Assembly: GCF_028368995.1 (NCBI RefSeq)
Contig: NZ_JAQNDL010000001.1
Coordinates: 2,592,001-2,656,000 of the forward strand
DNA length: 64,000 nucleotides
DNA from: Nannocystis bainbridge
GTDB taxonomy: Bacteria; Myxococcota_A; Polyangia; Nannocystales; Nannocystaceae
Direction of reading: 5' to 3'
Of the stretch, positions 57,592 through 64,000 are shown piece by piece. The stretch's first letter is position 1, and every line of letters begins with the position of its first letter. Under the pieces are notes generated by a model. It saw only the letters and a program-made list of their open reading frames with translations. It made no database searches and had not been told where the DNA came from. Position numbers and translations under genes: made by a program.

Positions 57592-58506
57592 CTACTCGCC
57601 GACCTCGACCCGCCGGACCAGCATCGTGAAGCTCTCGAGCGCGTGGCAGCAGGTGTTGTACTGCGCCCGCTCGACGTCGATGGCGAAGCTCTCGCCGCCG
57701 CCGATCGCCAGCTCGCCGCGGTGGCCGGAGAACAGGCTCAGGGCCTGGCCTTCGAGCGTGAAGTCGAGCTGGTACGAGGTCTCGAGCGCGTCGAAATGGA
57801 CCGGGCCGCACGCCTCGGTGAGCTCGATGGCGATCGGCGCGAACACCTCGGGGATGAGGCCGCCGACCCGCGGCGCGAACCCGGCCGCCAGCAGGGCGTC
57901 GTCGGCGGCGGCGCGCAGCTCGAGCTGCTTCTCCGAGTAGACCTCGAGGTTCTCGAAGCGCGAGGCCAGCTGCACGTTGTCGCCCGCGGCCCACGCGACC
58001 TCGCCCTCGGGCGCGGCCGGCAAGATCAGCTTCGCGCTGCGCGGCACGTCGCCGTCGAGGCAGGTCAGCGTCGTGACCGACTTGCCCGCCTCCGTCGCCA
58101 CCGCGCCGACCGTGCACGGCAGGTCGACGTCGTGGTGGCCGTCCGAGTCGTCGATCTCCACCACGAATTCGGCCAGCGCCGCCGGGTCGCTCTCCGAGCA
58201 AGCGGCCGGCAGCTCGCCCTCGGTCTCTCCCTCTGTCTCTCCCTCTGTCGCGCCCTCCGTCGCGCCCTCCGTCGCACCCTCCGTCGCGCCCTCCGTCGGA
58301 TCGACGCCCGTATCGGTCGGCTCGGTCGCGCCTTCGGTCGCCCCTTCGGTCGCCCCTTCGGTCGCCCCTTCGGTCACGCCCTCGGTCGCTCCTTCGGTCT
58401 CCTGCGGCGCCGTCTGCGACGAGCCTTCCTGCGCGGTGGAGCACGCCATCGCACCGCAGCACAAACCCGTGAACACCCAGTAATTAAAGCCACGAAACGC
58501 AATCAT
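57592..58506 (-). CDS. Lipoprotein with (TEGA)n linker
   Basis: GAMAC lipobox; 12-bp TEGA/TEGE repeats at about 58218-58400; Cys-containing C-terminal domain. Confidence 0.85.
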   Translation of the reverse strand: MIAFRGFNYWVFTGLCCGAMACSTAQEGSSQTAPQETEGATEGVTEGATEGATEGATEGATEPTDTGVDPTEGATEGATEGATEGATEGETEGETEGELPAACSESDPAALAEFVVEIDDSDGHHDVDLPCTVGAVATEAGKSVTTLTCLDGDVPRSAKLILPAAPEGEVAWAAGDNVQLASRFENLEVYSEKQLELRAAADDALLAAGFAPRVGGLIPEVFAPIAIELTEACGPVHFDALETSYQLDFTLEGQALSLFSGHRGELAIGGGESFAIDVERAQYNTCCHALESFTMLVRRVEVGE

Positions 58507-58648
58507 GCTGCCGGTGTAGCACAGGCGCGAGGGCCCGCAAAAGCCTGCAGCCGACGGTCACGCGATTTCTCGAGCGAGACATGCCCGCACGGTATGTCAC
58601 TCGCGCCATGACACGCCGGACATAGTGAACCATCGCTGTCTCGGAGAA

Positions 58649-58987
58649 CATGTCTCCCGGGACATGTTATTCGCGCGCCGCCCTGGCGCACGCGCGCGCG
58701 CGCGCTCGCCTGTACGCACGAGCAGCGACCTCGATGCACATGTCTCTCGGGACATGTCTCGCGCGCCGTCCTGGCGCACGCGTGCGCGACCGGACGCACG
58801 AGCAGGCGACCTCGATGCACCTGTCTCTCGGGACATATGACTCGCGCGCCATCCTGGCGCTCTCGCGCCATCCTCGCGCACGCGTGCGCGCTCCATCCAC
58901 ATGTCTCTCGGGACATCCACCCCTGGCGCTCGAGCACCTCGCGTCTCGCCGCGCGCCTCGCCTTGCGACCTGTCCCCGAGGACATCC
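58649..58987. repeat. Composite degenerate tandem array, 5 units of 69-90 bp
   Basis: Units headed by (CA/CC)TGTCTCTCGGGACAT-like sequences at 58649, 58739, 58820, 58900 and 58969, with shared CGCGCGCC.TCCTGGCGC and CGACCTCGATGCAC blocks. Confidence 0.85.
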
Positions 58988-59134
58988 TCTCCGCCTCGCC
59001 CCTCCTCCCCTGCGCCCGGACCGCACCCGCGTGCGGCCCGTCGCACCGCCCAGGCCGCCCCGGTTGCCCTTCCGCACGCCCCTCCGGCCGCCTGCCGCGG
59101 CCTCCCCGCCTCGCGCGCTGCTACACTCGCGCGC

Positions 59135-60031
59135 GTGACCGCAGCTCCGGCCCCGTGGCTCGTCGTGCGTCGCCTCGGCGGACTCGTCCGCTTCAGCCAC
59201 ACCGTCTTCGGCCTGCCGTTCGCGCTCGCCGCGGTCGCGCTCGCCCACCGGCACGCGCTCGCGCACGGCGGGCCCGGCCTCGACCTCGGGCGCCTCGCGC
59301 TGATCGTGCTCGCCTTCACGGCTGCGCGCACCGCCGCCATGGGCTTCAACCGGATCGTCGACCGCCGGATCGACGCCGCCAACCCGCGCACCGCCATGCG
59401 CGAGCTGCCCGCCGGCCTGGTCTCGCTGCGCGCCGCCGTCCTGCTGACCGTCGTCGCCTCTGTGGCCTTCCTCGGCTGCGCCTGGCTGCTCGGGCCCGTG
59501 CCCCTGTTGCTGTCGCCGGCCTGCCTGCTGGTCGTGCTCGCCTACAGCTATTTCAAGCGCTTCTCGTGGGCGGCCCACCTGGTGCTCGGCGTCGCGCTGG
59601 CGCTGGCGCCCGGAGGCGCGTGGGTGGCCGTCACCGGCGATCTCGCCGCGCCCGCGACCCCGCTGTGGCTGATGCTCGCGGTCGCCACCTGGGTCGCCGG
59701 CTTCGACATCCTCTACAGTCTGCAGGACGAAGCCTTCGATCGCGAGCAGCGGCTGCACTCGATCCCCGTCCGCTTCGGCACCGTCGGCGCCCTCGTCTTC
59801 AGCGGCCTCCTCCACGTCGCCACCGTCGCCGCGCTGATGGTCGTGCACGTGCGCGAGGGCCTCGGCGTCGTCCACGGCGTCGGCGTGGCCCTGATCGCGG
59901 CGATCCTCGTCTACGAGCACGCGATCGTGCGCCCCGGCGATCTCAGCCGGATCGACAAGGCGTTCTTCGATCTCAACGGCTACATCAGCCTGGCTTACCT
60001 CGCCTGCGCCCTGATCGCCACGCTGCTGTAG
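59135..60031 (+). CDS. mqnP: UbiA-family prenyltransferase, MqnP-like (futalosine menaquinone pathway)
   Basis: RFSHTVFGLPFA, AMGFNRIVDRRIDAANPRT..RELP.G, AGFDILYSLQD, AFFDLNGYIS. Confidence 0.8.
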   Translation: MTAAPAPWLVVRRLGGLVRFSHTVFGLPFALAAVALAHRHALAHGGPGLDLGRLALIVLAFTAARTAAMGFNRIVDRRIDAANPRTAMRELPAGLVSLRAAVLLTVVASVAFLGCAWLLGPVPLLLSPACLLVVLAYSYFKRFSWAAHLVLGVALALAPGGAWVAVTGDLAAPATPLWLMLAVATWVAGFDILYSLQDEAFDREQRLHSIPVRFGTVGALVFSGLLHVATVAALMVVHVREGLGVVHGVGVALIAAILVYEHAIVRPGDLSRIDKAFFDLNGYISLAYLACALIATLL

Positions 60032-60091
60032 CCACACGGCGAATTCGCGGCTGCCCACGACAGCCCCGCGCTGGCTCGAGCGCCTCCCCTC

Positions 60092-60562
60092 GTGCGACGC
60101 TCTGGCCATGCCGAAGCGCCGCAGCGGACCGCCGCAGCGATTCCGTCGCTGCACGACCAGGAGCTGACCGGCGGGCCGCTCGAGCAGGCAGTCCGCCTCG
60201 TCGTCTGTCCCCGCTGCGACGGCTGCGCCCGCTTCGTCACCGACTACGTCGGCGATCCGCCGCCGACGCGCAAGCGCCGGATGTACTGCCGCGCCTGCAG
60301 CTTCGTGCAAGACGAGCCGACCAGCGCCGAGCCGTGGCTGCGCACGATGTGCTGCGGCCACGTGCTGTGGGCCCACGACGCCGAGCACCTGCAATTGCTC
60401 GAGGACGACGTGCGCAGCCCGCTGCGCGAGCGCCTCCGCATCCGCCTGGGCGAACGGGCGCTGCTGGCTCGCCTGCCGCGCTGGCTCATCCTCGCCCGCC
60501 ACCGCGACGAGGTCTTGCGAGCCCTCGCCCGCCTGCGCCGCATGATGGTCGCTGAAGCCTGA
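60092..60562 (+). CDS. Zinc-ribbon hypothetical protein
   Basis: CPRC...CRAC, WL..MCCGHVLWA...HL, LPRW. Confidence 0.7.
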   Translation: MRRSGHAEAPQRTAAAIPSLHDQELTGGPLEQAVRLVVCPRCDGCARFVTDYVGDPPPTRKRRMYCRACSFVQDEPTSAEPWLRTMCCGHVLWAHDAEHLQLLEDDVRSPLRERLRIRLGERALLARLPRWLILARHRDEVLRALARLRRMMVAEA

Positions 60563-61074
60563 CCCTCGCGCTCGCTGCGTCGCAACATGTCCATCGGGAC
60601 ATCTGCAACGATTCCCGTGCGCGACCTGGTGCGCCGGCGAATAAACCAGCGCTCGCCGTTGGGAAGAATGGATGCACCGGCACCCGATGTCATCCTTCGG
60701 CCTCACTGTCAGTTCCTCTCCCACGCGCGAATCACCGCCCGAGAGCGCCCGGCTCGCGAAAGCGCGTGGTCACGAGCCTCGGATCTCGAAAGATCCGCGC
60801 GCGTGGCCCCGCATCGTTCATCGCAGAAAAGGTGACGAGAGCGGCCGGTTCGCGCCAGGAGTCGCATGCACCGTTACTCCGGCCGCTCTCGTCGGGAGCG
60901 TGTGGCCCACCGTGTCCCGGAGGACAGCGGTGGCCACCTTCGAATCCTTGCACGAAGGGGACGAGACGCGGCGAGCTCGCAAGGAGGTCCTGGTCAAGCG
61001 AGCTCGCCGCGCTCATCGAAGGGGGTCGGGCCAGCCAGCGGCGATCGCGGCCGGGCCCGCAGTCGGTCCTGCGA

Positions 61075-61875
61075 TTACTCGCAGAAGAAGAAGCCGGCGT
61101 AGATGTCGCCGTCGCAGAACAGCGCGCCGCCGAGGTTACAAGCCGCCTGGCAGTGGGCCATCAGGCCGGCCTGGCAGGCCGCCATCTCGTGAAGGCTGCA
61201 GTCCTCGCCGAGCTCGACGATGCACGCCGCCTCGACCGCCACCGGCGAGCACTTGGCGAGGCACTCGAGGCCCAGGTCGACCGCGCACTCCACGTTGGCC
61301 CCGAGGTTCACGTCGAGGCAGATGTCGAGGTCGAGGTCGACGTCCGCATCGAGGTCGACGTCGAAGCAGGCGTCGAGCAGCCCGTCGAGGTCGATGTCGA
61401 TGTCGATGCCGAGGTCGATGTCGATGCCGAGGTCGTCGCCGCAGCCCGCCGACCCGAGGAACACGCCGTCGCAGAACAGCGCGCCGTCAGCCTCGATCTC
61501 CGCCTCGCAGTGGGCCGTCACGTCGGCCACGCAGTCGAGGAACGCGTCGAGGCCACAATCGACGCCGAGCTCGGCGATGCACGCGGCTTCGACGCTGAGC
61601 GGATTGCAGTAAAGCTCGGCCTCGAGGTCCTTGACGATCGCGCAATCAGCTCCGAGACCGACCTCGATGTCGAAGCACTTGCCGAGGTCGAGGTCGATGT
61701 CGCCGTCGAGGTCGATGTCGATGTCGAGGTCGAGCCCCAATCCTCCCCAGCCCGGGAAGCCGCCGCCACAGCCGTTCTCGCAGCCGTGGGCGTCGGCAGA
61801 GGGGGTCGTGACGACGATCCCGGCGGTGGTGGCGAACGCGGCGGCGACGAAGATGGAAGAGATGATGCGGGTCAT
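61075..61875 (-). CDS. Secreted Cys/Asp-rich protein with two family-A domains and (D-hydrophobic)n tracts
   Basis: GGAAGG RBS; signal peptide; DLDIDIDLD tracts; two units ending GALFCDG. Confidence 0.85.
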   Translation of the reverse strand: MTRIISSIFVAAAFATTAGIVVTTPSADAHGCENGCGGGFPGWGGLGLDLDIDIDLDGDIDLDLGKCFDIEVGLGADCAIVKDLEAELYCNPLSVEAACIAELGVDCGLDAFLDCVADVTAHCEAEIEADGALFCDGVFLGSAGCGDDLGIDIDLGIDIDIDLDGLLDACFDVDLDADVDLDLDICLDVNLGANVECAVDLGLECLAKCSPVAVEAACIVELGEDCSLHEMAACQAGLMAHCQAACNLGGALFCDGDIYAGFFFCE

Positions 61876-62690
61876 GGTGAGCCTTCCTTCCGGTGTCGGA
61901 AAGTGTGTAGATCGCTGGTAGATGGGGGTCTACGCGGCGAGGAGACCATCGAGTCGCCGCGGAGGATCCCGGCAGGCGACATTGACGAGGCAACCATGGG
62001 GCGCACGTCGATCGGGGCAAGCAAAAAATCGTGGGTGGACGATGCGCCCCGGGGTCCAATGGCCGCGTGGTCGGTTCGCTACACCGCCGTCAGAGCCGCT
62101 GCAGAGGCTCTTTCGGCCAAATTGATAGATCCGAGTGCAACGCGACAAAGGCCGGGCCGAGCCCGGTCTCAGGCCGGCGGGTTGCGGAAGCCGCGCTGCG
62201 AATTCCAGCGTTTGGGCGGCAATTGCTGGCGAATTGGCACGATAGCAGTCCGCGCGAACGACCAATTCATTGCCAGCACCTGCAAACTGTAGGCAACGGT
62301 AGCCACGTGGCCGGCGCCGTCCATCGCCGATTCGGCGCCATGCCACGCACGAGTCCGCCAGTGTGATGATTCCGGGCTCATCCAGCCGAATCGCGGTATG
62401 CCGCCGCTTCACGACCGATTCGGCCGATGAGCCCGGCCCCGCTCCGCCTTGCATATCCGAGGATTGATCAGGGGCCACCCGAGCGAGGGTGAGGACAATT
62501 CATTGGCCCGATCGCGGGACACTCCCGACATTTGGCCTCGACGGCCGCGCTCGCCGATAAACCACGTTCACACGGGCGTAGCAGCGCCTGGAACACGTTT
62601 CTATCGACGATGACGTCTCCCCGGCGCAGCGGCTCGGCCCGGTGCTGTCAAATGCAGGTGCTACGATATGTCTCTTCCGACATATGGTTA

Positions 62691-64000
62691 TTATCGCGGG
62701 GCTCGCAGCACGTACTCCCGCTCGAGCGTCTTGCCGCGGCGCTCGATCGTCAGCGTCAGCCGCCCGCGGGACAGCACCGCGTCGGTGTCCCACAGGAAGT
62801 CCTGGCCCACCGGCACGCCGTCGACGGCGACGATCTGGTCGCGGGTGCGGAGATCGAGCCGGCGCATCACGTCGCTGCCGTACGCGCCTCCGACCCGGAA
62901 CCCGACCAGCTCACCGTCCTTGCCGTCCGGCCTGAACCATCCGCCCTCGAGCAGCGCCTCCGGATCGATGTCCCCGGCGACGATGGCAGGATCGATCTCG
63001 CAGCGGCTGTGGTCGTAGGTGCAGCGCACCCCCTCGGCGAGCTCCGGCGTGTTCGCGACGACGGTGCCGGCCGAGAAGTCGAGGTACCCGCGCTCGCCCG
63101 GGCTGCGGCGGTCGGGCTCGTCGGCGCTCGCGGTCCGCAGCGCCTGCGCGCCGGCCACGTCGCCGACGTACTCGAGCAGCGCCGCCTGCTGTTCACGCAG
63201 CCACCCGCGCCGCGCCGCGTCGGTCTCGCCGCGCAGCGCGCTCGTGAACTCGTGGAGCGCCACGCGCACCGGCTCGCACGCGGACCGCGTGTCCTCGACC
63301 GAGGCGCAGCCGCCCGCGGGCACCACGTGGCGCACGTGCGCCGCCGCGACGATCGCCAGGTCGGCGGCCAGGCGGCGCCGCAGTCGGTGCTCCGCCGGCA
63401 GCTTGGCCAGCGCCGCGCGCAGGCCGTCCCACGCCGCCAGCCGTGCGTGGTCGCTGTGCGGCCCGGCCTCGAGCAGCTCGGCCTCGGCGGCCCACGCCCG
63501 CGCCGCGACATCGGCGAACCCGGCCGTCGCGCTCGCCTCCGCGACCGTGCGCAACGCCTTGAGGGCGCGCGTGCGCGGCGGCGGCTTGCGCTCGAGATGA
63601 ACGATGCGCTCGCCCGAGCGCGGATCGTTGTACGTGAACTTGTTCGGCTCGTCCGACGGATCGTGAAATTGGAGGACGCCGACAGCGAGGTCGATCTCGG
63701 CGTTGACGCGCGCGTCACCCAGCAACATCGCCGACGCCAGCGCTTCCATGTTCTTGCCCATCTCCGGCTGCCGCGCCGCCGCCAAAGCCCGCGGCGCGTA
63801 ACCGGCGGCCAACAGCAAGCGCGCGCGCCAGCCCGCGCGCCGGGTCGCCGCGAAGCCCTGGCTGGTGAGCGTGTTGTAGAGCGACGGCTCCGCGCAGTCG
63901 GCGAGGTCGGGCAAGAACTCCGCCGCGTGTCCGACCAGCGCCGCGCTCTCGCGGGCCCCCTCCGCCACCACCGTCGCAAGATCGTCGAGCGCGCCGAGGC
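62691..64000 (-). CDS. Large helical protein with C-terminal GspC-type PDZ-like domain (5' end outside window)
   Basis: Frame open to the window edge; LVGFRV...LDLRTRDQIVAVDG...LTLTIERRGK. Confidence 0.7.
   Translation of the reverse strand, partial: LGALDDLATVVAEGARESAALVGHAAEFLPDLADCAEPSLYNTLTSQGFAATRRAGWRARLLLAAGYAPRALAAARQPEMGKNMEALASAMLLGDARVNAEIDLAVGVLQFHDPSDEPNKFTYNDPRSGERIVHLERKPPPRTRALKALRTVAEASATAGFADVAARAWAAEAELLEAGPHSDHARLAAWDGLRAALAKLPAEHRLRRRLAADLAIVAAAHVRHVVPAGGCASVEDTRSACEPVRVALHEFTSALRGETDAARRGWLREQQAALLEYVGDVAGAQALRTASADEPDRRSPGERGYLDFSAGTVVANTPELAEGVRCTYDHSRCEIDPAIVAGDIDPEALLEGGWFRPDGKDGELVGFRVGGAYGSDVMRRLDLRTRDQIVAVDGVPVGQDFLWDTDAVLSRGRLTLTIERRGKTLEREYVLRAPR

Noticed and set aside
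58218-58400. 12-bp TEGA repeats as a DNA element
   Set aside because: Explained as a low-complexity protein linker with synonymous variation.
58649-58987. CRISPR array
   Set aside because: Heads are short and degenerate, the intervening sequences resemble each other instead of being unique, unit length varies, and there are no cas genes in the window.
59135-60031. Functional link between mqnP (vitamin K2 synthesis) and the gamma-carboxylase-like locus
   Set aside because: About 10 kb apart with unrelated genes between; proximity alone is not evidence.
62234-62252. Sigma54 promoter at TTGGCACGATAGCAG
   Set aside because: The -12 TTGC element is missing, and it points away from any supported start codon.

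Overview
Very GC-rich window from a myxobacterium. The gene content and lipoprotein style (Thr-rich linkers, AgmX/PglI, PEGA, MopE-type repeats, FHA/Pkn kinase) suggest a Nannocystis-like Polyangia member; this is an inference. I can support about 55 CDS, mostly accessory: lipoproteins, regulators and transporters, plus coaX and an MqnP-type prenyltransferase. I found no rRNA, tRNA, CRISPR array or transposase. Main signals: (1) a 45.8-50.4 kb locus where a full-length vitamin-K-dependent gamma-carboxylase-like (HTTM) gene and a split SdpA/SdpB-like HTTM pair flank a Glu/Asp-rich lipoprotein with repeated (R)RRHxDDDDGWG cores, with a Cys6 defensin-like prepropeptide nearby, a candidate undescribed peptide-modification system; (2) a dispersed DNA motif, GACATGTC-N6, forming arrays phased at exactly 14 bp, mostly at gene 3' ends and convergent junctions and sometimes inside genes; (3) an ECF sigma factor coupled to an anti-sigma-like protein whose beta-lactamase-fold domain has lost its catalytic residues; (4) a three-member Cys-rich secreted protein family; (5) NADAR-like, ArdA-like and dead-HNH conflict-type genes. 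All family assignments come from motif recognition by eye, with no database search. Starts were adjusted by hand from the ORF track and are approximate where noted.
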